From positions 1 to 35,137 of the forward strand of contig CALVRS010000019.1 in assembly GCA_944358725.1 (NCBI GenBank): a stretch of 35,137 bases of DNA. Direction: 5' to 3'. This DNA comes from an uncultured Bacilli bacterium (GTDB lineage Bacteria; Bacillota_I; Bacilli_A; RF39; UBA660). A program made the position numbers and the translations under genes. The notes under the pieces are model-generated. The model did no database searches. It was given only the letters and a program-made list of their open reading frames with translations, and had not been told where the DNA came from. Below are positions 1 through 9,342 of the stretch, piece after piece; positions within the stretch are counted from its first letter, which is position 1; each line of letters opens with the position of its first letter.

Positions 1-96
1 GATATAAAGAGATTAGGATATGGATATAAGAATTTTGAATTTTTTAGATTACGACTTTTATATATATTAAATCAAAAAATTAGGGGAAGAAAATAG
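1..96 (+). CDS. Transposase C-terminal end (ISL3-family-like); the 5' part lies outside the window
   Basis: Frame 1 is open from base 1 to TAG 94-96: DIKRLGYGYKNFEFFRLRLLYILNQKIRGRK. The GYGY.NF..FR.R.L tail is characteristic of the extreme C-terminus of ISL3-type transposases. Recognised from memory, no search possible. Confidence 0.55.
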   Translation, partial: DIKRLGYGYKNFEFFRLRLLYILNQKIRGRK

Positions 97-309
97 GAAA
101 AAAGGGATATAGTTTTTATGAAAAAAAGAAAAATTTCTATTTATATTTCACTAATATTTCACGGTTTATAAATTGAAACAATTTTAAAAATGGAAATCAA
201 AAAAATGTGAAAAAAACAAGCAAAAAATATATAAATTTTTTACGCTTGTTTTTATATTGATTTAAAAGGCAAACATTAAATTTAGCTCCCCACTAGAAAT
301 TGAAGAACC
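1..309 (+). mobile_element. Right-hand end of an IS element (ISL3-like); proposed terminal inverted repeat ends at 309
   Basis: The reverse complement of 278-309 reads GGTTCTTCAATTTCTAGTGGGGAGCTAAATTT, similar to GGCTCTT-type ISL3 termini. The boundary abuts the terminator of the neighbouring U32 gene. The left end is not in the window, so IR pairing cannot be verified. Confidence 0.35.
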
Positions 310-331
310 AAAAAAGCAATTAAACTGCTTT
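310..331 (-). terminator. Rho-independent terminator of the U32 peptidase gene
   Basis: On the minus strand: AAAGCA stem (326-331 complement), 7-nt loop, TGCTTT, then a T-run (A-run 310-315 on +). It sits just after the stop at 333. Confidence 0.6.
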
Positions 332-332
332 A

Positions 333-2426
333 TTATATCTTAAATTTCTTCATTAATTTATCTATATCCTCATGCTCTGATAAAATAATTCTTCCAACAC
401 CTTTTTCAAAAATATTTTCATGATTTAAAATCGTTGTATAATCTCCATGAATAATTTGAAAATAGTCATCCAAATGTTTTAAAAATTTTCCATCTTTTCT
501 AAAATCCTTTAAAATCATTAAATCAGCCTTGCCATAAATAATCCTCTCCGCATGTTTAGAATACTTTAAAATAACATCTGTATTTTTAACCTCAGGAGAA
601 ATAGTCGCCCCCTTAACACCTAAACTATATAGAAAATTAATCGTCTCACTATTTGTAATATTTAAAGGATAATCCGCAATCACTATATTATCTTTAGAAT
701 ACTTGTAAACACTGCCAAGCTCACTTACTAAAAGCTTCTCACCTTTAAAATTTGGATATTCATGCATAATTCGTGGTAATTTATAATAAACATCATAATC
801 CTTGTACTTTTTATATAAATCATAATCCTCTGTATAAATCCGTACTTTGCCTAAAAAATATTTTAATTGAACCATATTTCGCACCAAAACACTAAAACCA
901 TCATATGAACCATTATAAAGTTTTTTCTTGTAATCAAAATGAACCTTTCTTTCACATTTACTTCTCTTATAAGCCAAAAGAGAAATAACCTCTCGTCTAA
1001 GCTCATTTAAAGCACTCATAGGAATAAACGCCTTGTCAATAACAATATCACACTCGTTTAAAACAAAAGGCGTTCCTCCAAGCTTATTAAGCTTATCTAA
1101 AACCTCATTAACACTAGTTGGTCGGTCAATCGCCTCATCCAATAAAATTGATTTTTTGCTCACTTCATACATCCCATCAGATGCTGTCAAAGTCAAATAA
1201 TCATGTGCTATGGCACTCACTTTAAAATCAACCTTAATTTTTTTATTTAAAGCCTTTTCCATCATTAAATGCCTATCTAAAGTCTTACTAACTATACATT
1301 TCCTATTTAAGCCAATTTTATTATCTAAAATAGCAACCTCGCCCTTAGATATATGATTTACAAGTAAACCTTGCTCATTATAAAGTAAATTAACAATCAT
1401 ACCCTTATTTAAAGAATTAAATCTAATACCATCTTCTTGATTCAACTCATAATCAAGCTTAATATAAATCTTTCTTTTATTAAAACGAACCACTTTCCCA
1501 ATCGGATAACCTAAATGATTTGGACTTTTAATATTGTAAATATCGTCATTAAATAAATATCCACTTGTAAACTCTCTGTTATATAATTTATATAAATTAA
1601 TCATCTCTTCTTCCGTAACTAAAGCCTCTTCGCCCGCATAAACAGCATCAATAAGCCTTCTGTAAACCTTAGTCACATATCCTACATACTCGGGACTTTT
1701 CATGCGTCCTTCAATTTTTAAACTGTCTACACCACTTTGAATAATCTCTTTAATATAATTAACTGTACATAACTCCTTTGTACTAAGTAAATAATTCCCA
1801 TCAGTATTAATTTTATCATCATCATATAATTCAAATTTCCATCTGCAACATCCTACACAGCTTCCACGATTGCCACTTCTACCACCATTTAAAGCACTGA
1901 AAAGACACTGCCCACTATATGAAACACATAAAGCACCATGAATAAAAATCTCCTTCTCGATAGGACATTTTAACTTTTTAATCTCATCAATACTCATCTC
2001 TCTAGCTAAAACAGCCCTCTTAACACCTAAAGACTTTAAAAAATATAAACACTCATCATTATAACAGTTCATTTGTGTCGAAGCATGAATCTCTAAATCA
2101 GGAATTAACCTTCTTACTAAACTAATCATTCCCAAATCTTGCATAATAACCGCATCTACACCATTTTCATATAAAAACTTCATGTAATTTAAAAAATCTT
2201 TAATCTCATCTTCGAAAATAACCGTATTTGCCGTAACATAAAGCTTAACTTTGTATAAATGACAAAAAGAAATAGCCTTAATAATCTCCTCATTTGTAAA
2301 ATTTTTTGCAAAAGCACGCGCCCCAAAAAACTTCCCGCCAATATAAACCGCATCCGCCCCATTATCGATAGCCGCAATTAAAGTATCCATATCGCCAGCT
2401 GGAGCAAGTAATTCAACTTTGCACAT
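333..2426 (-). CDS. U32 family peptidase (long form with C-terminal DUF3656-like extension)
   Basis: 697-aa ORF. The N-terminus LLAPAGDMDTLIAAIDNGADAVYIGGKFFGARAFAKNFT and the Cys-rich segment GALCVSYSGQC...GNRGSCVGCCRW are typical of the U32/PrtC/YrrN-YrrO family. Confidence 0.85.
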   Translation of the reverse strand: MCKVELLAPAGDMDTLIAAIDNGADAVYIGGKFFGARAFAKNFTNEEIIKAISFCHLYKVKLYVTANTVIFEDEIKDFLNYMKFLYENGVDAVIMQDLGMISLVRRLIPDLEIHASTQMNCYNDECLYFLKSLGVKRAVLAREMSIDEIKKLKCPIEKEIFIHGALCVSYSGQCLFSALNGGRSGNRGSCVGCCRWKFELYDDDKINTDGNYLLSTKELCTVNYIKEIIQSGVDSLKIEGRMKSPEYVGYVTKVYRRLIDAVYAGEEALVTEEEMINLYKLYNREFTSGYLFNDDIYNIKSPNHLGYPIGKVVRFNKRKIYIKLDYELNQEDGIRFNSLNKGMIVNLLYNEQGLLVNHISKGEVAILDNKIGLNRKCIVSKTLDRHLMMEKALNKKIKVDFKVSAIAHDYLTLTASDGMYEVSKKSILLDEAIDRPTSVNEVLDKLNKLGGTPFVLNECDIVIDKAFIPMSALNELRREVISLLAYKRSKCERKVHFDYKKKLYNGSYDGFSVLVRNMVQLKYFLGKVRIYTEDYDLYKKYKDYDVYYKLPRIMHEYPNFKGEKLLVSELGSVYKYSKDNIVIADYPLNITNSETINFLYSLGVKGATISPEVKNTDVILKYSKHAERIIYGKADLMILKDFRKDGKFLKHLDDYFQIIHGDYTTILNHENIFEKGVGRIILSEHEDIDKLMKKFKI

Positions 2427-2469
2427 AATATCACCACCAAAATTCCAAAAATATTATACCATGTGTCAG

Positions 2470-2498
2470 TTGACTTTGCACTCCATTTACATTATAAT
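2470..2498 (+). promoter_or_regulatory. SigmaA-type promoter of the pilin-like gene
   Basis: TTGACT (2470-2475), 17 nt, TATAAT (2493-2498). AGGTGAG RBS at 2510-2516 precedes the ATG at 2520. Confidence 0.7.
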
Positions 2499-2519
2499 TT
2501 AAATAAAGTAGGTGAGAAT

Positions 2520-2939
2520 ATGAAAAAAGGTTTTACCTTAATCGAATTAATAGCCGTCGTAGCCATATTAGGACTCATAGCCTTAGTAGTCTATCCAGCC
2601 ATAGGTTCAGTCATAAAAAATGCTAGAGAAGAAACTTATAACGACCAAGTAGATGTAATCATAAATGCCGCTAAAGAGTGGAGTACTGATATTAAAAATG
2701 TCGCTAAACTAACATCTGATGGCTCAGCCTATGAACTAACCGTTCAAACCTTAATCGATGAAGGATATATCAAAAACAATGAAATAAAAGACCCAAGAAA
2801 TAGTGAAAAAAACATGGATGGCACCGTTTTAATAAGATATAACAAAGAAATAAAAAGTTATGATTATACCTATAGAGAAAATGAAAAAAATACCATTAGT
2901 ATGCGTATATATCCTAAAAAATCTCTGAAATACCTATAA
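2520..2939 (+). CDS. Type IV prepilin / pseudopilin-like protein with N-terminal cleavage-methylation motif
   Basis: MKKG|FTLIELIAVVAILGLIALV gives the G|FTLIE prepilin-peptidase site with Glu at +5, followed by a hydrophobic helix. Start moved from the track's 2463 to ATG 2520 because of the RBS and promoter position. Confidence 0.85.
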   Translation: MKKGFTLIELIAVVAILGLIALVVYPAIGSVIKNAREETYNDQVDVIINAAKEWSTDIKNVAKLTSDGSAYELTVQTLIDEGYIKNNEIKDPRNSEKNMDGTVLIRYNKEIKSYDYTYRENEKNTISMRIYPKKSLKYL

Positions 2940-3012
2940 TCAAATAATAAAAATAAATATCCATAAAAAATTAAAACTTCATACATAAAAATTCCCATAT
3001 CATAAACGAAGT

Positions 3013-3041
3013 TTGAAAATAAAAATAAAATATAGTATAAT
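3013..3041 (+). promoter_or_regulatory. SigmaA-type promoter upstream of the 3059-6393 gene string
   Basis: TTGAAA (3013-3018), 17 nt, TATAAT (3036-3041). GAGGTGA RBS precedes the GTG at 3059. Confidence 0.65.
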
Positions 3042-3058
3042 ATTTGAGGTGATTAAAA

Positions 3059-3526
3059 GTGAAAGAATTTGTCAAAAATCATAAAAAGCAGTGCCTAATT
3101 GGAGGCTTAATTTTTCTAGTTATCTTCTTAATAATATTAGTTTGGCTCTTTATAGTACCACTTTTCGGTAATAATAAATATGGTGATCGTTTAGATGGAA
3201 TCGAAAATCATAAAATATCTGATAGTGTAGTCGAAAAAACCATAAACACCATGAAAGAAAATAAACAAGTAAATGAAGTTGAATACCATAACGAAGGACG
3301 TATTTTAAACTTCATAGTTACTGTAAGTACCGATATGAAAAAAGAAGATGCCCAAGCCTTAGGTAAAATCATATTAGATAACCTAAAAGATAAAGATAAA
3401 GAATATTATGATATTCAAATACTAATTGACACCGAAGAAGAAAACGAAAACTATCCAATTGCCGGTTATAAATCAAAATCAAAAAAAGACTTCGTATATG
3501 GAAATGAGGTTGTAAGCAGTGAATAA
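3059..3526 (+). CDS. Membrane-anchored hypothetical protein
   Basis: 155-aa ORF with a GTG start after GAGGTGA. There is one N-terminal TM helix (CLIGGLIFLVIFLIILVWLFIVPLF) and an acidic extracellular part. No recognisable family. Confidence 0.6.
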   Translation: MKEFVKNHKKQCLIGGLIFLVIFLIILVWLFIVPLFGNNKYGDRLDGIENHKISDSVVEKTINTMKENKQVNEVEYHNEGRILNFIVTVSTDMKKEDAQALGKIILDNLKDKDKEYYDIQILIDTEEENENYPIAGYKSKSKKDFVYGNEVVSSE

Positions 3527-5537
3527 AAAAATAGGCATAATTGTAACCATAATTGTCATAATATTAGGTTCTATCGGCGTAGTCCGTTTTTTTACTAAAG
3601 AAGACCAAAAAACAACATTAACCGTTACTGAAAAAAAATGGATAGAAGATAATAAAAATAACGTCATCGACTTTGCTACTTTAAATAATATCCCCATCAT
3701 CAGTAATAACGGAAACGGTATCTTCTTTGATTTTATAAACGCCTTAGAGACAGATACTGAACTAGAATTCAATAAAGTTCCTTATGAAGATGCTTCTAAA
3801 ATAACTGCCGATTACGCTTTAATCAAAAAAGAAAATCTAGATAAAAATGACATATTATTATACCAAGATAACTATATTTTAATTACCAATGACAAAACAA
3901 CATATACTGATATAAGTGAAATAAAAAATTTAAAAATTGGAACCCTTAAAAACGTATCAAAAAAACTAAGCGAATATTTGACCGGATCTTTAAACCTTAA
4001 CTATATAGAATTTGAAACTGAAACAAACTTGTTTGAAGCCCTTCAGTCTAAAACCATCAGTGCCATTGCTTTACCAAAATTAGACTACTTAGAAAATATA
4101 TTAACATCAAATCTTCATATTGCCTATAATATAACAGATTATAAAATAAACTATACAATAAAATTAGGTCAAAATGAAAGATTAAATAAAATTATTACTA
4201 AATATTTAAAAAAATGGCAAAAAGATAACTATCAAACGTCATTTGGGACATCCCTAGCTGCAAGCTACTTTGATTATAAAAAAATATCTGAAAAAGACCA
4301 AACTGATTTTCGAAGTCGTAGATATAAAGTAGGCTTTGTTGCAAACGCACCTTACGATATTACCATAAATGGTGCCTTAAAAGGATTTAATCAAGCCATA
4401 ATTAATAACTTTATAAATTCATCAGGCATCGAAGTCGATTATAAACAGTATTCATCTGTCAATAATCTTCTTAAAGATTTCGAAGAAGGTAAAATAGATC
4501 TTACCTTTGGAAACTTTACAGCTAATATTCAAAATGTCTATAAAACAATTCCAATTTATGATAGTAAAGTAGCTATCATAACCAATAATGATACAAATTT
4601 AACAGTAAATAGTGTTACATCCCTAAAAGATACCGAAGTATTAACCGTTAAAAATAGTAAAATAGCTGAATACTTAAAAGAAAATAATATAAAAATCAAA
4701 GAATATGATAACACAAAAGACTTAATCAATAACCTAAAATCAAATAGTGTTGCTGCCATCGACGAATATACCTATGATTATTATGTTAGATATGATCTTA
4801 AAAATTTCAAAAACCTTCATACCATCGATATTGAAAATAACTATAATTACATTGCCAAAAAAAATAAAACTTTAAACGAATTTTTTGATTTCTATCTATC
4901 ATTTATAAACACTAAAGAAATCATCGGTGAAAGTTATAAAGATTTACTTTTAATCAATAATAGTAATAAGAACTTGCAATTAATTTTAGCATCTATAGCT
5001 ATATTTTTACTAGCCGTTGCCGGTATAATTACAAAAATAATTTTCACAAAAAAGAAAGATATAAATAGTAAACTATCTAAAACAGATAAACTTCGTTATG
5101 TTGATAACCTTACTTCATTAAAAAATCGAAACTACCTAAATGATAACATTGAAAAATGGGATAGTAGTGAAGTATATCCACAATCAGTTATCGTAATTGA
5201 CTTAAATAATGTAGCCTATATAAACGATAACTTTGGTCATACTGAAGGAGATAAAGTAATCGTCGAAGCTGCAAGTATACTCATAAACCATCAACTAAGT
5301 AGTAGTGAAATTTTAAGAACCAATGGTAATGAATTTCTAATCTTTGCCCTAGGCCATGACGAAAAAACCATCGTTACCTATATCCGTAAACTAAATAAAG
5401 AATTTAAAGAACTATCTCATGGTTTTGGTGCAGCTATCGGTTATAGCATGATAAACGATGAAATTAAAACTATCGATGATGCCATAAATGAAGCAACCCT
5501 AGATATGCGTAGCAATAAAGAAGAAATAAAAAAATAA
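3519..5537 (+). CDS. Sensor protein: N-terminal TM, two periplasmic solute-binding-like repeats, TM, C-terminal GGDEF-type domain with degenerate active site
   Basis: 672 aa. The C-terminal block VIVIDLNNVAYINDNFGHTEGDKVI...ILRTNGNEFLIFA aligns to the GGDEF fold (D.D.FK.iND.yGH..GD ... R.GGDEF), but the signature reads NGNEF (5322-5336). TM helices lie near residues 5-25 and about 490-510. Confidence 0.75.
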   Translation: MNKKIGIIVTIIVIILGSIGVVRFFTKEDQKTTLTVTEKKWIEDNKNNVIDFATLNNIPIISNNGNGIFFDFINALETDTELEFNKVPYEDASKITADYALIKKENLDKNDILLYQDNYILITNDKTTYTDISEIKNLKIGTLKNVSKKLSEYLTGSLNLNYIEFETETNLFEALQSKTISAIALPKLDYLENILTSNLHIAYNITDYKINYTIKLGQNERLNKIITKYLKKWQKDNYQTSFGTSLAASYFDYKKISEKDQTDFRSRRYKVGFVANAPYDITINGALKGFNQAIINNFINSSGIEVDYKQYSSVNNLLKDFEEGKIDLTFGNFTANIQNVYKTIPIYDSKVAIITNNDTNLTVNSVTSLKDTEVLTVKNSKIAEYLKENNIKIKEYDNTKDLINNLKSNSVAAIDEYTYDYYVRYDLKNFKNLHTIDIENNYNYIAKKNKTLNEFFDFYLSFINTKEIIGESYKDLLLINNSNKNLQLILASIAIFLLAVAGIITKIIFTKKKDINSKLSKTDKLRYVDNLTSLKNRNYLNDNIEKWDSSEVYPQSVIVIDLNNVAYINDNFGHTEGDKVIVEAASILINHQLSSSEILRTNGNEFLIFALGHDEKTIVTYIRKLNKEFKELSHGFGAAIGYSMINDEIKTIDDAINEATLDMRSNKEEIKK

Positions 5538-5550
5538 AAGGGGAAAAAAT

Positions 5551-6393
5551 ATGATAAAATCTTACTTAAGAAGAATAATCGACATAATAACAAGACCAGA
5601 AATGAAAATTTTGCCAGGTCAACTGGCCTTTTTCCTTGTTCTTTCCATTTTCCCTCTTTTAACCCTATATGGCTATATAGGATCCAAAATGTTATTTTTT
5701 GTAATCCCATTTACAGACATCATAGAAAAACTAATTCCAACCAGTATTTTGCAAGTAATCTTACCATTTATCGAAGAAAGCCATATAACCGGAAATGTCA
5801 TATTTTTCATGATAGTAGGCTTTATCCTTGTCTCAAATGGTACATACTCAATAATAATTACTTCAAATGAACTGTATGGCATCAAAAAAAATGACTACAT
5901 CAAAGACCATGTCAAAGCCCTTTTCATGATAATTCTTCTCATGTTTCTATTTGTCTTTATCTTTATCGTTTTAGCCTATGGTAATATCATTGTCGATGAA
6001 ATATTAAAAATAAGTGTATTTCAAAAAATATCCTCTCATATATATTTCATCTTCATGCTCTTAAAATGGCCCATTGCTTTCATATTAATATTCTGGCTTT
6101 TAAAAATAATATATACCATATCTCCAGATAAAAAAATATCAAGTAAATATATGAATAACGGTGCCTTATTCACAACCATAGGTTGGATAATAACTACCGC
6201 CATATATTCATATTACGTATCGAATCTAGCTAACTACACCTTATTTTATGGTAGTATATCTGGTATCATTGCCATGATGATTTGGATATACATTCTCTCA
6301 TACATCTTCGTCATGGGCATAGCTATAAATACCGATGACTATAATGCCTATAAAAATGTGCATAAAAAAGAAAAAATAGAAAAAAATAATTAA
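5551..6393 (+). CDS. YihY/BrkB (virulence factor BrkB / former RNase BN) family membrane protein
   Basis: 280 aa, polytopic. The N-terminal LPGQLAFFLVLSIFPLL motif is typical of the YihY family. Confidence 0.75.
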   Translation: MIKSYLRRIIDIITRPEMKILPGQLAFFLVLSIFPLLTLYGYIGSKMLFFVIPFTDIIEKLIPTSILQVILPFIEESHITGNVIFFMIVGFILVSNGTYSIIITSNELYGIKKNDYIKDHVKALFMIILLMFLFVFIFIVLAYGNIIVDEILKISVFQKISSHIYFIFMLLKWPIAFILIFWLLKIIYTISPDKKISSKYMNNGALFTTIGWIITTAIYSYYVSNLANYTLFYGSISGIIAMMIWIYILSYIFVMGIAINTDDYNAYKNVHKKEKIEKNN

Positions 6394-6492
6394 TGGGCAT
6401 ATATTTATTACCGGTATATGCTTACCCCAAGACTACTAGTACTTAGAAAGATTAAAACAATCTTTAAAAGTATTAAAGGTAATAGTCTCCTA

Positions 6493-6515
6493 GTGGCTCA
6501 AAAAAGCCACTTTTT
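6493..6515 (+). terminator. Rho-independent terminator after the yihY-like gene
   Basis: GTGGCT (6493-6498), loop CAAAAA, AGCCAC (6505-6510), TTTTT. Confidence 0.7.
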
Positions 6516-6592
6516 CTTTACAAATAAAAAATCATACTACTTTTTTTTATAAACAAAACGTGTTATAATGTTAGAAGTAATTGAGGTGGAAT

Positions 6593-8641
6593 ATGCAAAA
6601 CTTTATAGAGAAACTAGGTGACATCTTAAAAAAATCTAAAAAAAGTGTCATATATTTTTTCAAAAATAATGTCTTATTTTCAGTATTTATTATTACATCT
6701 TTAATTAATGGCTGTTTAGTACGTTTTTTTACCGTTAAAAACTATAACGCTTTATCGCCAGTTTTAGCTGATTTAGCTTTTATATTAATAATAGGTGCTT
6801 TCGCTTATTTCTTTAAGCCTAAAAATAGATTTAAATATTTTATAACTTGGTCAGTAATATTGACCCTTGTTTGTCTAATAAATTCTATATATTATACAAA
6901 CTACGTTTCATTTACATCATTTTCGCTTTTGGCCACATCGCTTCAGCTAGGTGGTGTAACCGGTGCATTAAAAACCATTATGGAACTCAAAGACTTCTGC
7001 TATATATGGGCTCCATTATCCTTAATATTTGTACACCGTAAACTATTAAAACAAAACTACTATAGTAAAATAAAAATCAAAAATAAACCAAAAGTAAGCG
7101 TTCTAAAAGCCCTAGTTGCTGCTGTAATAGTCTTAGGTTTCTTTGTATCTGGTTTAACTGGAACTGATATCAGTAGACTTTATAAACAGTGGAATAGAGA
7201 ATACGTTGTCATGAAATTCGGTATTTACGTTTATCAAGGAAATGACCTAATCGCTAGCTTAAAACCACAAATAAGTCCATTATTTGGCTATGACCAAGCC
7301 GCTAAAGAATTCCGTGATTATTATAAAGAAAACAAAATAGAAGATAAAACTAATGAATATACCGATATATTTAAAGGAAAAAATGTCATTGCCATACATG
7401 CTGAAAGTATTCAAAATTACCTTTTAGATACCGAAATAAATGGTAAAGCTATCGCGCCTAACTTAAAGAAATTAGCCGACGAAGGAATGTACTTTTCTAA
7501 CTTCTATTCACAGGAAAGCGTTGGAACAAGTAGTGATACTGAATTTACTTATAGCACCTCACTCTTGCCCGCATCAAGTGGTACTGTCTTTGTTAGTTAC
7601 TGGGATAGAGAGTACCCATCAATTCAAAAACTTTTAAAAGAAGAAAACTATTACGTCTTCAGTATGCACGCCAATAAAGGAAACATGTGGAATAGAGAAG
7701 TCATGCATAAACAGTTAGGCTATAATCGTTTCTATAACTATGATAATGATTATAAACTAGATGAAAATATTGGCCTAGGTCTTTCCGATAAATCATTCTT
7801 CAAACAGTCCGTTCAAAAAATTAAAAATATCGCTAATAAAAATGAAAAATTTTATGGACTATTAATCATGTTGACCAATCACACACCATTTGAAGGAGTA
7901 GAAGACCAAACAGACTTAGATCTAACATACCACTATACTAAAAAAGATGATATAACTGGAGAGGAAACAACAGTTACTAATAATTACTTAAAAGATACAA
8001 CCTTAGGCAAATATTTTACAACCGCGCATTATGCCGATGAAGCCATTGGCGAATTTGTCGAAGAGCTAGATAAAGAAGGATTATTAGAAGATACCATCTT
8101 AGTCATTTATGGTGACCATGACGCTAAAATAAAAAGATCTGAATATGATTATTATTATAACTATGATCCACAAACCGATTCTAAAAGAGATAAAAACGAC
8201 CCAGAATATAAAGAATTTACTAAATACGATTATGAATTAAACCGTAAAGTCCCATTCATAATTTGGACTAAAGATGAAGATCTAAGAAAAAAAATAAATA
8301 AAGAAATCACTACTATAACTGGTATGTATGATGTCTTACCAACCTTAGGAAATATGCTTGGTATCTACGATGAATATGCCTTAGGTCATGATATATTCTC
8401 AGAAGAAGATCACTATGTTGTCTTTCCAAATGGTAACTGGATAACCGATAAAATGTATTATGATAGTCAAAATGGCCAGGCCATCGTCTTTGACGAAGAA
8501 TCTGTAATAAGTAAAGACTATATTGCAAAATACACAGAAATTGCTGAAAAAGAAATTGCTGTTTCTAATGACATAATCGTTCACGATTTAATCAAAAAAA
8601 CCAAAGAAACAGATGAAGTAATAAAAGGAGGGCAAAAATGA
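6593..8641 (+). CDS. ltaS: LTA synthase family protein (polyglycerolphosphate transferase, sulfatase-fold)
   Basis: Five N-terminal TM helices plus an extracellular sulfatase-like domain with NVIAIHAESIQ and NFYSQESVGTSSDTEFTYSTSLLP motifs typical of LtaS. Start set at ATG 6593, 4 nt after GAGGTGG, rather than TTG 6581. Confidence 0.85.
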   Translation: MQNFIEKLGDILKKSKKSVIYFFKNNVLFSVFIITSLINGCLVRFFTVKNYNALSPVLADLAFILIIGAFAYFFKPKNRFKYFITWSVILTLVCLINSIYYTNYVSFTSFSLLATSLQLGGVTGALKTIMELKDFCYIWAPLSLIFVHRKLLKQNYYSKIKIKNKPKVSVLKALVAAVIVLGFFVSGLTGTDISRLYKQWNREYVVMKFGIYVYQGNDLIASLKPQISPLFGYDQAAKEFRDYYKENKIEDKTNEYTDIFKGKNVIAIHAESIQNYLLDTEINGKAIAPNLKKLADEGMYFSNFYSQESVGTSSDTEFTYSTSLLPASSGTVFVSYWDREYPSIQKLLKEENYYVFSMHANKGNMWNREVMHKQLGYNRFYNYDNDYKLDENIGLGLSDKSFFKQSVQKIKNIANKNEKFYGLLIMLTNHTPFEGVEDQTDLDLTYHYTKKDDITGEETTVTNNYLKDTTLGKYFTTAHYADEAIGEFVEELDKEGLLEDTILVIYGDHDAKIKRSEYDYYYNYDPQTDSKRDKNDPEYKEFTKYDYELNRKVPFIIWTKDEDLRKKINKEITTITGMYDVLPTLGNMLGIYDEYALGHDIFSEEDHYVVFPNGNWITDKMYYDSQNGQAIVFDEESVISKDYIAKYTEIAEKEIAVSNDIIVHDLIKKTKETDEVIKGGQK

Positions 8642-9285
8642 AAAAGAAACGTAAATTAAATATCAAAAGAATAGTATTAGTATTAATCTTACTCGCACTA
8701 ATAATCGTTGGAAGTGTTTTAGCTATTCAAAAATTAACTCATAAAGAAGAAAAAGTAAAAGAGGTAAAAGAAGTGGCTGCCATCAAAGCATATGGTTATA
8801 CCTTAAAAGAAAACGCCACAGATTATTATAAAAAACTTTTCAAAAATCTAGAAAAAACCTTAAATGAAAAAGAAGTCGATGAAGAAAAATATGCTAGTCT
8901 AGTTGCTCAAATGTTTATCGCCGATTTCTTTAACTTAGATAATAAAGAAAGTAAAAACGATGTTGGTGGTAAACAGTTCGTCTATTCAAACTTTCAAAGC
9001 GACTTCGAAAAACTTGCCATGGACGCTGTATATAAATCAGTTGAAAGCAATGTCTATGGTGAGCGTAAACAAGAACTTCCTGAAGTAACAAATGTCACCG
9101 TCACTAAAGTAAAAAATGAAAATTATAAATATGGCGAAAATAATGATGAAAATGCTTATATTTATAACTTTGAAATTGAATATAAAAAAGATTTAGGTTA
9201 CCAAAAAGAAGGAAGCTTAACCTTGATCCATAATAGTCAAAAAATAGAAATTGCCTCTATGAGCGAAAAAACAAGTGCCGTCTAA
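8638..9285 (+). CDS. Membrane-anchored hypothetical protein, translationally coupled to the ltaS-like gene
   Basis: 215 aa. ATGA start/stop overlap with the upstream gene and a single N-terminal TM helix. No recognisable family. Confidence 0.6.
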   Translation: MKKKRKLNIKRIVLVLILLALIIVGSVLAIQKLTHKEEKVKEVKEVAAIKAYGYTLKENATDYYKKLFKNLEKTLNEKEVDEEKYASLVAQMFIADFFNLDNKESKNDVGGKQFVYSNFQSDFEKLAMDAVYKSVESNVYGERKQELPEVTNVTVTKVKNENYKYGENNDENAYIYNFEIEYKKDLGYQKEGSLTLIHNSQKIEIASMSEKTSAV

Positions 9286-9296
9286 GCACTTTTTTC
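9273..9296 (+). terminator. Rho-independent terminator
   Basis: AAGTGC (9273-9278), 7-nt loop containing the stop codon, GCACTT (9286-9291), then a T-run. Confidence 0.6.
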
Positions 9297-9342
9297 TTTA
9301 TAAAAAACAAGTAGTGTGATATAATCAAAATAGGGTGATGAT

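Noticed and set aside
2189-8584. Short antisense or nested ORFs inside larger genes (2189-2377 -, 3479-3772 -, 4556-4759 -, 5441-5885 -, 6847-7041 +, 8313-8584 -). The same applies to later ones at 10390, 11316, 13418, 13924, 15597, 16370, 16655, 18278, 21058, 21525, 22927, 23634, 24727-25358, 26037, 26927, 31607, 32298 and 33098.
   Set aside because: All are embedded in, or antisense to, genes with strong family signatures. They lack an RBS and encode low-complexity products, which is typical chance ORF behaviour in AT-rich DNA.
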